Positions 38,061 through 51,452 of a stretch of 64,000 bases of DNA are shown piece by piece. Under the pieces are notes generated by a model. That model was not told where the DNA came from. It worked only from the letters and a program-made list of their open reading frames with translations, and made no database searches. How positions within the stretch are numbered: the first letter of the stretch is position 1; each line of letters starts with the position of its first letter. Origin of the DNA: Octopus vulgaris. Its lineage: Eukaryota. The position numbers were made by a program, and so were the translations under genes. The stretch covers positions 11,160,001-11,224,000 of the forward strand of contig OX597824.1 in assembly GCA_951406725.2 (NCBI GenBank), read 5' to 3'.

Positions 38061-38140
38061 AAGAAGAAGAAGGAAAAGAAGAAGAAGAAGAAGAAGAAGA
38101 AGGAGAAAAAGAAAAAGAAGATGATGATGATGATGATGAT
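37975..38140. repeat. (GAA)n/(GAT)n polypurine microsatellite
   Basis: Direct inspection. It yields the poly-L and poly-S ORFs. Confidence 0.95.
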
Positions 38141-38370
38141 AGAGTATTGCTAGCAGCTGTATATTTGAACAGTTCAAATTGGAGAGAGTCTTCAGTTTGA
38201 ACAGATGACAGTGACAACTAATTGTATTGGATAATTAACTTTGAAAGTTACCTTTCCATATGGTATGAAACTGATACAGCAAAACCAAAGGGTTAGAAGC
38301 TAAAATATCTTTTTTTTTAGATAAAAATAACTAAAAATTTGACTAATAGACAAACAGATATAAACACATA

Positions 38371-39330
38371 CAGGGTGCGATGGGTAAATTGTCGCCATTT
38401 TAGACTGTTAATTTCAACGCCTGTGCATTGTTTGTTTTATGATTTTGTTGACTACACAGTATAGTGGGGTCAGTTGGGCACTGTCTGTGAGAAAACCAGC
38501 ACTATAATGCAATTCATTCAGCCAGAAATTTGGAAACATGCTGTACTGCTTGGCATTCATGCTGGAGGTTCCAGTATGAACAGCTGGTGAACACACAGAA
38601 CAACTTTTGGTTTGCCATGTCCCCAAAACATGTACTGAGAATGATAAAAATCAAACATCCAGTCAACATCATGGTGTTTGGAGCGATCGCTAGTGATGGC
38701 AATGTTATGCTTCCATTCATCTTCTCACATGGCTTCAGACTCAACATGGAGGCCTATATCAAGTGCCTGGAGGAGGTAATGCTGCCCTGGGTCAAGAGGG
38801 TGGCTGTTGGAAGACCCCCATGTCTGGCAACAGGACTCTGCACCATGCCACACAAGCAGAAGAACCCATGGCATTCAATTGACTGAGATCACAAACTCAC
38901 CTCCTGGATAGGATGCTAGTCCATTGCAGGGTTAATTTCCCAGATATTACTGGAACTCATTTACAGTTGAGTGGAAGGGAGCAACATAAAATGAAATGCT
39001 TTGTTCAAGAAACAATGCATTGCTTGGTCCAGGAATTGAAACCATGACCTTATTACTCCATGCACCTTCAGCTTTATTATTTCTAGCTGTTGTGATATTG
39101 TTTTATTGTGAAGAATGTCTATCGTTACCAGCATCACCGTACTGGCACCTTTGCCGGTGGCATGTGTAAAAGATTCGAGCGAGGTCGTTGCCAGTACCGC
39201 CTGACTGGCACATAAAAGCATCCACTACACTCTCGGAGTGGTTGGCATTAGGAAGGGCATCCAGCTGTAGAAACAATTTCTGTGACCACATCACTCCTAA
39301 CATCTGGCCACCTAACTCCCCAGACTGCTC
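38371..39330 (+). pseudogene. Decayed IS630-Tc1-mariner (maT/DD37D-like) transposon
   Basis: TA|CAGGGTGCGATGGGTAAATTG end. KHPVNIMVFGAIASDG...FIF..G.RLN..AYIKCLEEVMLPW, frameshifted VWQQDSAPCHT, and after an insertion NFCDHITPNIWPPNSPDC. Confidence 0.88.
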
Positions 39331-39869
39331 CAATCACCTCCATCCCCACTAGCTACACTACTGTCCTAGATTCAACTGAACATCTCTTAACCCATGGAGG
39401 GTAGCTCTACGTGGTCGTCCAATCTGTTTGAAAAGCAGTCCAGTCTCCCACAAATTACACACCCTACAGTATTAAAAATAGGACACCTTGAGCCATGTAG
39501 TTCTAGTTGAACTATAAATACAGAATGGTCATGGCGGGGAAAGTATTTGACCTTAGATCTACTGAACCAGAACTAACCTAAGGTTGAATTACCACGATTG
39601 AACAATCTAATGTTATCAACAAAGGAACCTCCATGTGAAAGTAACCAAATCTCCTTAAAATCACATCATACCACTGATCTGCTTGATAAGGACTACTAAG
39701 TTGCATATTTGGAGTATCATGTCTACTTTCGACCACCAACATATTCTGTTCATTCATGTACGACAGTAGTAACATATTAGTTACAGCCAGTGATGTTGGT
39801 GACAAGTGACTTCCTCAATTGCATACTGCATATCTAACAGACCAGACATACTAAGCCAAATAATCAATT

Positions 39870-40785
39870 ATCATCATCATCATCATCATTATCATTTAGC
39901 GTCCGTTTTCCATGCTAGCATGGGTTGGACGGTTCAACTGGGGTCTGTGAAGCTGGAAGGCTTCATCAGGCCCAGTCAGATCTGGCAGTGTTTCTACGGC
40001 TGGATGCCCTTCCTAACGCCAACCACTCCGTGAGTGTAGTGGGTGCTTTTTACGTGCCACCCACACAGGTGCCAGACAGAGCTGGCAAACGGCCATGAAC
40101 AGATGGTGCTTTTATGTGTCACCGGCACGGGGGCCAATGAAAAATTTAAACTTCAGTACATGAACACATATTTCTACCACCGCCCTGTTCACTGGCCAGC
40201 AAGTGGATTGGGTGCTACCATAAAGGTGCAGTTCTACCACTTGGGTCACTGTCTGACCAGTCAGACCCAGTCCCATGAGTTGATTTGTTGTCCTACTAGC
40301 TAGGTTGCCATCCTAAAATTCCAGGCCACCTCACTACAATTATTAAAAGTCAATAATTAAATGCACACACCACACATATATATGATACATGTGTTATAAA
40401 CATAGCTCTGTCATCATCATCATCATCTTTTAACGTCCGCTTTCCATGCTAGCATGGGTTGGACGATTTGACTGAGGTCTGGCGAACCAGACTCCAATCT
40501 GATCTGGCAGAGTTTCTACAGCTGGATGCCCTTCCTAATGCCAACCACTCCGAGAGTGTAGTGGGTGCTTTTACGTGCCAGTTTGGTGGTACTGACAATG
40601 GCCACGCTCAAATGGTGCTTTTTATGTGCCACCTGCACAGGAGCCAGTCCAGCGGCACTGGCAACGACCTCGCTCGAATGTTTTTTTTTTTTCACATGCC
40701 ACCAGCACCAGTGCTAGTAAGGCGACACAGGTAACGATCACGCTCGAATGGTGTGTTTAACGTGCCATCGGCACGAAGGCCAGCT
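39870..40785 (-). mobile_element. Two family C copies (about 39870-40137 and 40412-40785)
   Basis: (CAT)n followed by TTTCCATGCTAGCATGGGTTGGAC core, twice. Confidence 0.87.
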
Positions 40786-42573
40786 TTGGCAAAATAGTTT
40801 CAGATAGAAATTTTTGCATATTTATTCTCCGTTTTGAGTTCAAATTCCACTGAAGCCAATTCTAGAGTCCAATAATTGTAAGCATAGGAAAAGCCATGAT
40901 GATGATGATGACAAAGAACTCAGAGTAGGAGAGCAAAAAAAGCAATGGGGCAACAACCTGATGTGTATTTTGATAAAAGTGCAAAGATCTCATTTTGTCA
41001 TGTGAAATGAGAACAGATGTTCAATTTAATATAAACCATAGATATACTAGGTTCTAATTATCATCTTTTATTCTAACAACGCAACACCTTTCCAATACAA
41101 CATCGTATAACATACCAAAATCTCATGAATAAGCAAATAGGTTAAATAATGACATTGATTATTCATAAAATAAAAATTGTCATTTGCTTATTTGATTGGG
41201 TTGAATTCCAAACCATCTGTGCACTAATCCATTTGCAGCTAACATTGTTTTAAAGCAGTATTAACATAATTCCAATCGATTGGGAAATAATCAATAAACG
41301 GAGGCGGTGGATCGGCAGAATCTTCAGAGCATTTCACAAAAACACCAGAAACTATTTAGTAATGGTCCTTTATATTCTGAGGTCGACTTCAGATTTCACC
41401 ATTCCAGACTCAATAAAATAAAACAGTAGTCAAAGACCGAGGTCAATTTAATATTCCTATAAAGCAACCTTGATGTGAATGGAATTAGAATATCAACAGA
41501 AGATCGAAGATCAATATATGAATAAAAATACAAGGCTGGATAAAGATGATTGACAACGCGTAATTAAAATGTCGTTAATATTCCTCGTTTTATACGACTT
41601 ATTGCTCTCATTAAAAACTAGCTACAATAATGTTAGATCCAAAACAAGAGCAATTTCCATGTGCCTATCAACTACCACTCTTATATCAAACGTCTGAAAG
41701 ATGATGGAAATAGCTATGAAATACCAGTTCCTTTTCTCAGTAACGACAAGCATGGTTTCTGTAGAACCAGGTCTGCTTGAAATTAGCCTACCTATGTCAT
41801 TCATTAACAGCCACTCACTCTGAAGAATTTCAAAGAAATGGAGCAAATGCTAATAAAAATTTACATTTTAGCACAAGCACAAAGAACAAAGTTTCCTTAC
41901 AACTTGTTTTTGGTAACCTTATCATAATGGAATTTTAATTATAAATTTTTTATGCTCCACAAATTCTGTTTCAAAGGAACTTGACTTCAGTTTGTGTGTG
42001 TGTGTGTGTAATCAAAATTTCTAATTCTACTTTTTATAGTTTTATATATTGTCGGATGACAGTATATTGGGGGCAGAGTTCACTATGAATGGATGCCATA
42101 TTTGATACCAACCTCCACCTGTTTCAAGTAAGGTAGCAATCAGTCTACTGAACAACAAACAACCTGGACATGTTTACATGGAGAACAGGAAACAAACAAC
42201 ATGGTATCAGTGAGCTTTTTGTTCGCAAAGATTGTGCATTCTGTCAAGAAGACCAGATATTCTTCCACAGTGGACTACAAGCAAACATCAGGTGACACTC
42301 TTAGCTTACAAGCAGCAAACACATGTGAAGATGAGGGAGATACAAACTCACTCACTTTCTCACACACACATGGGCTTCTTTCAGTTTCCTCCAATCAAAT
42401 CCACGAACAAGGTTTTAGTAGGCCCAGGGCTATAGTAGAGGATAACTGCTCAAGATACCACACATTGAGACTGAACCTGAAACCACATGGTTGGGAACAA
42501 ACCTCTATGCTTGTATGTGTTTGTGTACATATAAGTACAAACAATCCATCTGTCTTCATCTTTTGTTAATTCT

Positions 42574-42624
<51 letters not shown>

Positions 42625-42627
<3 letters not shown>

Positions 42628-42823
42628 CGGGAAGCTTTATGAAAATAAACAAAAGACGAAGGCAGGTGGAGTACAAACAAACAATTGTATTTGTATGGTG
42701 CTCAGGAATATAAATAAAACAAGTCTTTTACGTTTCGAGCCTACGCTCTTCAACAGAAAGATACACAGAAAAGAAACTCGGAGAGAAAAAAATGCGTGCA
42801 GAAGCTAGCGATTCAACATGGCG
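42625..42823 (-). mobile_element. Penelope-like terminal fragment in (TA)n with a hammerhead-like fold
   Basis: Reverse complement of 44237-44431. Fold at 42724-42762. Confidence 0.65.
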
Positions 42824-42991
42824 ATATATATATATATACACACGTTTTTATTATATTTTTTTGTAATTTACTTAATCATTGGTATTTTATTGTTATTTTA
42901 ATTTTAATATTTCTATTATATGTAATTTTCTAGATGGTGTAATTTAATTGTTCATTTTGAATTGATAAAAGGTGGTTTTTTTCTAATTTTA

Positions 42992-43032
<41 letters not shown>

Positions 43033-43382
43033 GTGTGAAATTTGATTTAGTATTTCTAAATTGAATTTTTCCCTGTAAGTTTGGATTAATATTCCCTCAA
43101 ATAATTATTATATATATATATATATATATATATTACACATACACACAGACATGCATCTATGCATAGTTGTACGCATTTATAAATATTTACACACATACAG
43201 TACATTGTTCTCTCGTTATATTAGCTTAATATTAGATAAAGCTCATATCTAATTAATGCATTTATTCAACATTGTAACCATATGAATCACAAAACTATAA
43301 TAATGGTTGATGTGTAGTTTGCATAGTTAACATGTCAGCCCTTAATCTTTGTTAGAAGTTTAGCCTAATAACCCTCTCCTCA

Positions 43383-43546
43383 ACTCTCTCTCTACCTCTC
43401 TTTCTCTCACCATTTCAATCTCTCTCTCTCTCTCTACCTCTCTTTCTCTCCCCCATTTCAATCTCTCCCTCTCTACCTCTCTTTCTCTCACCATTTCAAT
43501 CTCTCTCTCTTTACCTCTCTATCTCTCACCATTTCAATCTCTCTCT
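43383..43546. repeat. ~35-40 bp CT-rich minisatellite x4
   Basis: CTCTCTCTACCTCTCTTTCTCTCACCATTTCAAT repeated. Confidence 0.9.
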
Positions 43547-44086
43547 GAGTTTTTCTTCTCCACAATGTCATTATCGCTGTAAGTTTTTTCCAACCCAAAC
43601 AGTAATTTTATGCCCAATATCTACATACCAAATGATCAGCTCAAGTAACACACCCACCCACCACATGCAGCTTGCTTCTATAAAATGACCAGTGACCTAC
43701 ATAATACTGACCACAATGACCTAAATTATATAGTTACATTCGTACATAACAATACTGACCACAGTGATTGCATACCTTACACAACACTGGTGATGGTAAG
43801 TGTACATACTTCTCTGTCGGCAAACCAGTGTTCCACAGTGTGTATATATCTTGTATCTTTTACTGGTTTTAGTCATTGGACTGCAGCCATGCTGAGGAAT
43901 TGCTTTGAAGGATTCAGTCAAGCAAATCAGCCTCAGTACTCATTTTCATTTTAAGCCCAGTACTTATTCTATTGGGACCTTTTGTCAAACTCTGCTAAGT
44001 TAAGCGGGTGTAAGCAAACCAACGTCAGTTGTAAATGTTAGATATAAAAAACAACACAAAATCACACCAATATATACATGTGTGTG

Positions 44087-44123
<37 letters not shown>

Positions 44124-44142
44124 AAATCAAAATCATATATAT

Positions 44143-44431
44143 ATGTTCGTTTTGGAAGTCACTTGACCCTGTTATCTCCCCTACTGACCTTCTCACGTCT
44201 GACCACTGTCCGAAGTCAGGGCACCATGATAGATCGTTAGCTCCTACATGCATTTTTTTTCTCTCCTTGTTTCTCTCCATGTTTTTTTCTGTGTATCTTT
44301 CTGTCGAAGAGCGTAGGCTCGAAACGTAAAAGATTTTTTCTGTTTCTATTCCTGAGCGCTATACTAATACATTTGTTTGTTTGTACTCCACCTGCCTTCG
44401 TCTTTTGTTTATTTTCGTAAACCTTCCCGTT
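44143..44431 (+). mobile_element. Penelope-like terminal fragment in (TA)n
   Basis: Same family as 42625-42823 and about 62160-62290. Carries a hammerhead-like fold at 44295-44334. Confidence 0.65.
44295..44334 (+). ncRNA. Hammerhead-like fold with non-canonical core
   Basis: AUCUUU-CUGUCGA-A-GAGC(guag)GCUC-GAAACGUA-AAAGAU: perfect stems I and II, but core CUGUCGA instead of CUGANGA. Confidence 0.45.
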
Positions 44432-44644
44432 ATATATATAAACAATTATTCGGTAGCCAAGATAAAACTCTGAGTTTCGGATGCCGAGGTGGAAATCCAC
44501 ACCACCATCTCTTCGGTTATCTGGCCATCTTGGCTACCAAATAATTGTCATATTATTTTACAGATAATTTCCTCTATTTACATAATATTGAGGTCTCTTT
44601 CTTTCTTTCGTTATCTTACCATTTTTACCAACATATTAAAAAAA

Positions 44645-45190
44645 TGACCCCTTTGGTCATGAATGACCATGGGATTGCACCTAGAAAGTTCCCCTCCTAG
44701 GCACATGTCCAGGCAAGGTTGTTTATGGAAGACCAGCAGTCGTCCATGCATACCAACCTCTCCTCTCCATATGTCACCAGTGTTATCCAAGGGAAAGACA
44801 AAGGTTGATACAGCTTGGTACCAGGAACATCACAACAGATTTCTAAAGTTGAACGTATTGGCACATAGTCATGTACTGAGAGGAATCCCTTTGGGGTTTA
44901 GATAATTCACCTTTGGAAACATGGGTGTTTCATTCAACATCCTTATTCAGGGACCTTTTGAGTGGGATGGGATACTCAACCTGAAGAAAATTCTAACCAG
45001 GCCCTACCTGCAAGATCATGTGCTGTTAAGCTTAATATGAGATCACCATGTCATGCAGATATAGTTGTGATGCACGTGCCTGGTGTACCCTTATAAGACG
45101 GGTAGTCATGATGGGTATACTGGGCTTCATATATTTTACCCCGGTGTCACTTTGATGACATGCAGTGCTCTCTCACTCAATAATAATAAT
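44645..45190. mobile_element. Composite retro-repeat; the right part looks like a LINE 3' UTR ending in (TAA)n
   Basis: Higher-GC block ending TCTCACTC-AATAATAATAAT. Family not determinable. Confidence 0.45.
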
Positions 45191-45294
45191 AAAATTAAAA
45201 TTTTTAAATGATTAACGGTGATGATTGACGATGATTCTTTTATAGTTAGGGAACAAGACTAGCAATTTTTAGGGGCAGAGAAAAAGTCAATACC

Positions 45295-45527
45295 TATTTC
45301 TTTACTACCCACGAGCGGCTAAACACAGAGGGGACAAACAAGGACAGACAAACAGATTAAGTCGATTACATCGATTCCAGTGCATAACTGGTACTTAATT
45401 TATCGACCCCGAAAGGATGAACGGCAAAGTTGACCTCGGCGGAATTTGAACTCGGAACGTAACGACAGACGAAATACGGCCACGCATTTCGCCCGATGTG
45501 CTAACGTTTCTGCCAGCTCGCCGCCTT
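45295..45527 (-). mobile_element. SINE B nested in an older B-related SINE
   Basis: TSD AGTCAATACC (45285-45294, 45538-45547). Confidence 0.88.
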
Positions 45528-45916
45528 TTATATGAATAGTCAATACCATTGGTGCCAGCATTTGGCTGGTACTTTATTTTATAGACCCTAAAAGGACAAA
45601 AGGTAAAGTGGATTTCTGCAGGATTTGAGCTTAGAGAATAAAGCCAGAAATTTCTAAATATTTCAAGTATGTAGGTCAAACTAACCCAGTTAGAAGAATA
45701 GCTGGAGTATATCCTGTTTAAAGAGGATGTATGAACCGTAAACAAATAAATAAATAAATAAATAAATAAAAATAAAAAAAGAAGAAAGAAACTTTTTTTC
45801 TTTGCAATATGATTGTAGGCAAGTTAGAAGTGGAAATTCAGAATAAAGTGTTCCGGATATTTGTGTGGATATTAGTTTCAGAAATATTATTTCTAAAGTC
45901 TATTTATATATACGTA

Positions 45917-46300
45917 CTAGCAGTATCGCCCCGGCATTGCTCGGGTTTGTAAGGGAAATAACTATATAAGCATTTTTAGAGATGTAAAGTATAATAGCCA
46001 TCTCAATATGGCTAACCACAAAGGGGGGGTGTTACTGTAGCTTTTTACGTTCTGAGATTTAATAATACATTTTTAGAGAGTTACTTCCCTTATATAATAG
46101 CAAAAAAATGCATTAAAAATGGGAAAAATTGATGGTAAATTTTTTTTAAAATCATAGACTCATCGTAGACGCGCACTAATACCCAGAAGGGCTCGATATG
46201 AATCACGACTATAAGATTAAACTGCACCGCAAAATGTGGGAGTAGTTAGGAATCTAAATTGTAGGAGACAGACACACAACTTCACTTTTATATATAAAGA
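45917..46300 (-). mobile_element. Non-autonomous Helitron
   Basis: Minus strand TCTTTATATATAAAAGTGAAG...CCCGAGCAATGCCGGG...CTGCTAG, inserted between A and T. Confidence 0.8.
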
Positions 46301-46884
46301 TATATCAATAATATATTGCATATTATAAAATATGTAGGAAATAAATGCAAATTATCACAGAATTATAAAATATCATAACATGAAATCATTTCGTACATAC
46401 ATGCATATATATACACACACATACATACGTACATATATATCATGAACTAACTGTTACTTTCTCAGATGCAGCACGGAATTTTGTCAGCGAACAGGTCGCA
46501 GTCTCAAAGTGACAAAAATATTTTGACAAATTAAATTTAAATGTTGAAGTGAATCTATTGTGTTTTGTGTGCTTCTTAAATGGCTTATAAACACCTTCCA
46601 TGCTGCAATTGTTTTCGTTCCAGCACATGATCTCAGATCAGGTCACTTGCTATGCAAGTACATCTCTGAAATCATTTCATTATGCATATATGCAGTTCTG
46701 TGCTTCAATGTATATTATGCACAGACATATATATACATGCACACACATACACACACAAACATACATATATGTACCTATTTATTTACACACACACACATAT
46801 ACTTACACATGCATATGTATTTACACGCACATGCACATATACGCACATACATATATGAATATTATTTACGCCCACATGCATACA

Positions 46885-47520
46885 CATCATCATCATTGTT
46901 TAACATCCGTTTTCCATGCTAGCATGGGTTGGACGATTTTGACTGAGGGCTGGCGAACCAGATGGCTGCACCAGGCTCCAATCTTGATTTGGCAGAGTTT
47001 CTACAGCTGGATGCCCTTCCTAAGGCCAACTACTCTGATACACACACACATACATATATGAATATTTATTTCTTTACTACCCACAAGGGGCTAAACACAG
47101 AGGAGACAAACAAGGACAGACAAACGGATTAAGTCGATTACATTGACCCCAGTGCGTAACAGGTACTTAATTTATCGACCCAGAAAGGATGAAAGGCAAA
47201 GTCGGCCTCGGCCGAATTTGAACTCGGAACGTAACGGCAGACGAAATATGGCAACGCATTTCGCCCGGCATGCTGACGTTTCTGCCAGCTTGCCGCCATT
47301 TATAATATATGAATATTATTTACCCCCACATGCATACACACACATACACATATGAATATTATTTACCCCCACATGCATCATCATCATTATGTAAGTCCAT
47401 GTTCCATGCTTACATGGGTTGAACAGTCTGACATGATCTGATATGTCCAAGGACTGCATTGTACATCAATATCTGTTTTGATATGGTTTCTACAGCTAGA
47501 TGCCCTTCCTAACACCAACA
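46885..47520 (-). mobile_element. Family C fragment, SINE B (about 47067-47298) and degenerate family C fragment
   Basis: Family motifs. ATATGAATATT-containing flank repeated around them. Confidence 0.8.
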
Positions 47521-47721
47521 GTAAATCAAAATTCCATAAATACTGTAATTCTGTATTGACTCAAATGGAAAAATGTGTCGCTCAGGAAGGACTTCTGTTT
47601 GAACAATTTTCATGGGGTTTCATATTTAGATGATTTTTATGAAATTCATTCAGTTGTTAAACATAAATAAATCTGGGAATTAAATGGTTTTGATTTACTG
47701 TCAGGTGACTTTTGGACAACC

Positions 47722-47774
<53 letters not shown>

Positions 47775-48012
47775 TGTGTGTGTGATGATGATGATATATA
47801 TCAGTGAAAGTGCTAAAAAGTCCCTGGCTTTAAGGGTATCATAAAAGGCCTGGTTGGGGGCCCAACGTTCCGAGTTCTTTTATGAAAGTTTAGAAAACTG
47901 AAGGACAGCTGCAATAAGGGTGTGAATCTGAGAGGGGAATATGTTGAATAAAATCATAATTAACTGATCTGCCTGTATTTTCTTTTACTGAGAACCAGGA
48001 ACTTTTCAACCC

Positions 48013-48483
48013 CTATCTTGCTCCGAACATTGACCTCCTGGAATCTGTCCAGAGACGTGCAACCAAACGCATACCCTCCATCAGACACCTACCATATTCT
48101 GAGCGCCTTGTTTCCCTGGGCATGGATTCACTGAAGCTCTGGCGTCTGGCGATGGACTTGGTAAACACCCACAAAGTTATCAACCACCTCACCAACAACA
48201 ACACTGAACACCTTTTTGATCTCCATGTGTCTAACACACGTGGACATGCCTACAAAGTCAGAAAACAACACAGCTCCCATGACTTTCGGAAACATTTTTT
48301 CACGCTCAGAGTTGCTGAAGCATGGAATAAACTGCCTGCGTCAGTTGTTGACTGCCATGACACTGCATCCTTTAAGGCCCTCATGCTTTCCGAAATCCGC
48401 CGAAACTACACCTGATTATATATACACTTTAGATGAATTGTAGTGCACCTGAGCACTGTACACATTTATTATTATTATTATTA
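48013..48483 (+). pseudogene. CR1-like LINE 3' end
   Basis: LLESVQRRATK...NTRGHAYK...FFTLRVAEAWNKLP, with (ATT)n tail. Confidence 0.9.
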
Positions 48484-48739
48484 TATAATCTGCACTAATT
48501 TACCAGCAGGAACTTCCTATTCTCATGGCTGCCAAACTAGTTTATAGACACCTCGTGCAGTGCAATATTAATAAACTTGTATCATTTATACTAATGTACA
48601 GGTACCTACGCAGATACATATTTGATATTTGTTTAATTTAGAGTATGAGCAAGCTTGGTTTGTAAAAATCGGTAGTCCGGAATGGCTTTGAACCAAAGGT
48701 TCTGGAAAAAAATCAATATTGAACTTCCCTCTCTCCCTG

Positions 48740-48753
48740 AGTGTGTGTGTGTG

Positions 48754-48801
<48 letters not shown>

Positions 48802-48817
48802 TGTGTGTGTGTGTGTG

Positions 48818-48862
<45 letters not shown>

Positions 48863-48945
48863 GTGTGTGTATATATATATATGTGTGTATATATATATAT
48901 ATATGTGTGTACCCATAACCCCTATCTTACTTTGTACTATATGTG

Positions 48946-48987
<42 letters not shown>

Positions 48988-49030
48988 TGTATGCATATAC
49001 ATATGCATACACACACATACATACATATAA
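48740..49030. repeat. (TG)/(TA) compound microsatellite
   Basis: Direct inspection. Confidence 0.95.
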
Positions 49031-49445
49031 GAAAAGTGGAAGATTTGCTAATCAAAAACAGACTTGGATGAAGATCAAAAGGATAGACTTAAGGAGTGAT
49101 GAAAGTATTTTGTTTGTCTCTGCCCTACCCCTCCACCAAGCAACACCGGCCCTATTTTATTAATTTCAAGATGATCTGCAACATCTCCTCCTCCCCTATG
49201 CATTCATTCATTGATAATAAGCAACTGACCTAATCAATAGGAATAATACCAGTCAAATGATTAATCTACAGTAATACTAACTAGTACAAAACCATACCAA
49301 CAGACGTCACCAATTACGGACGTCTGACGATTCATAATTTTTCTTAAGTAGAAGACCAGCTTGTTATAGCTTGTTATTGCATCTTCTTCAGATTCCATCT
49401 ACCAAATCCACTCACAAGGCTTTGATCAGCCTAGGACTATAGTCA

Positions 49446-49864
49446 AGGCGACGAGCTGGCAGAAACGTTAGCACGCCAGGTGAAATCTGTAGCTGTATTT
49501 CGTCTGCCGTTACGTTCTGAGTTCAAATTCTGCCGAGGCCGACTTTGCCTTTCATCCTTTCGGGGTCGATAAGTTAAGTACCAGTTATGCACTGGAGTCG
49601 ATGTAATCGACTTAAATCCCTTTGTCTCTTCTTGTTTGTCCTCTCTGTGTTTAACCCCTTGTGGGTAGTAAAGAAATAGGTATTTCATCTGCCTCTACGT
49701 TCTGAGTTCAAATTCTGCCGAGGTCGACTTTGCCTTTCATCCTTTCTGGGTCGATAAATTAAGTACCAATTATGCACTGGAGTCGATGTAATCGACTTAA
49801 CCCGTTTGTCTGTCCTTGTTTGTCCCCTCTATGTTTAACCACTTGTGGGCAGTAAAGAAATAGG
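49446..49864 (+). mobile_element. SINE B dimer nested in a minus-strand SINE A remnant
   Basis: TSD TATAGTCA (49438-49445, 49865-49872). The second monomer lacks the head. Confidence 0.88.
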
Positions 49865-50069
49865 TATAGTCATGCTGTGGGCCTGAACCCACAACGACAT
49901 GGTTGGGAAACAAAATCCTCAACGGCACAGCCATGCTAAAACACACACACACCACTTATGAAGTGCATCTAAGGATCATATTTTATTGTGGAACACCATG
50001 TGTAACTGAATACTGTTACATGAAACAAAGGAATACCAAGCCCAAACCCTTTTCTCCCCTCATTCATTC

Positions 50070-50277
50070 ACTCTTTTACTTGTTTCAGTCATGTGACTGT
50101 GGCCATGCTGGAGCACCGCCTTTAATCGAGCAAATTGACCCCAGGACTTATTCTTTGTAAGCCTAGTACTTATTCTATCTGTCTCTTTTGCCGAATTGCT
50201 AAGTTACGGGGACGTAAACACACCAGCATCGGTTGTCAAGCAATATTGGGGAGACAAACACAGACACACACACACAC

Positions 50278-50326
<49 letters not shown>

Positions 50327-50471
50327 TATATTCGACGGGCTTCTTTCAGTTTCCGTCTACCAAATCCACTCACAAGGCTTTGTTTGGCCCGAGGCTATAG
50401 TAGAAGACACTTACTGAACGTGCCATGTGGTTGGTAAGCAAGCTACTTACCACACAGCCACTCCTACACCT
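50070..50471 (-). mobile_element. SINE family A
   Basis: Near full length. Confidence 0.9.
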
Positions 50472-51452
50472 ATTCATATAACTATTTTAAAATGTTTCAG
50501 CTGCAAAGCTGCGGTCATGCTGGAGCACCACATACATTATATACATACACTGCATACATACAATCATTACATACATATATGTATATATATGTATATATAT
50601 ACATGATGATGCACCCACATGCTTGTTTTGATCTATCAACTGGTCAACCTACTAATTGAATTAACAGGCAAAGTGGCTGAGTATTCCAAAGACGTATGTA
50701 ACCAAGATGCCACACAATGGAACTGAACTTGGAATTTCATGGTTCGGAACTGAATTTCTTAACCACTCAACTATACCAGCATCTTCACCTACACAGAAAT
50801 TTATATACATCTATGTGCGTGGTATGTGTGCAAACACAGGTGTGAAATACGTCTGTGTTAACAGGTGTGAAACAGTAAACCAAGCTATGTCCCTTTACGT
50901 CAAATGTTAACAGCCATTTGATTAACAAAAATCAATACGAGTCAGTTGATTAATAGATACTGATAACAGTTCTTCAATAAGCAGAGATCAATAAGTATCA
51001 AACTGGAATAAGTTCTGAGGTCAACATGACAGACTAAAAACCTAGAAAGCAGTGCCCCTGCCTGACAACAGGTTGCAACTAGTGAAACATACTTCTATAT
51101 GTGAGCACAGAAGAATATATATATATGTATATATATGTATGTGTGTTATATATACATACAGTGTTGTTATTGTTTAGCTCAGGATCTGCCTTGTTTGAGC
51201 AGACCTATGCATGATAACAGACACTCTAGCATTGGCTATTATTCCTTTCTTTAAGACTTCATTGCCTAATGTATCCTTCCTGTTTTATGAGGGTAGGAGG
51301 TGGGATGTGAGATAAATTTAACTGCTATTTCCAGCAGGTCAGCTGTCCTTAAATGGTGATGGTAGTAGCAGTCATGATGACAGATGTGTATGCCAGTGTG
51401 TGTATATACGTCTGTGCATGGCGTGTGTATACATATATATTTTACACACACA

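Noticed and set aside
37767-38217. Poly-Leu and poly-Ser ORFs
   Set aside because: (GAA)n microsatellite.
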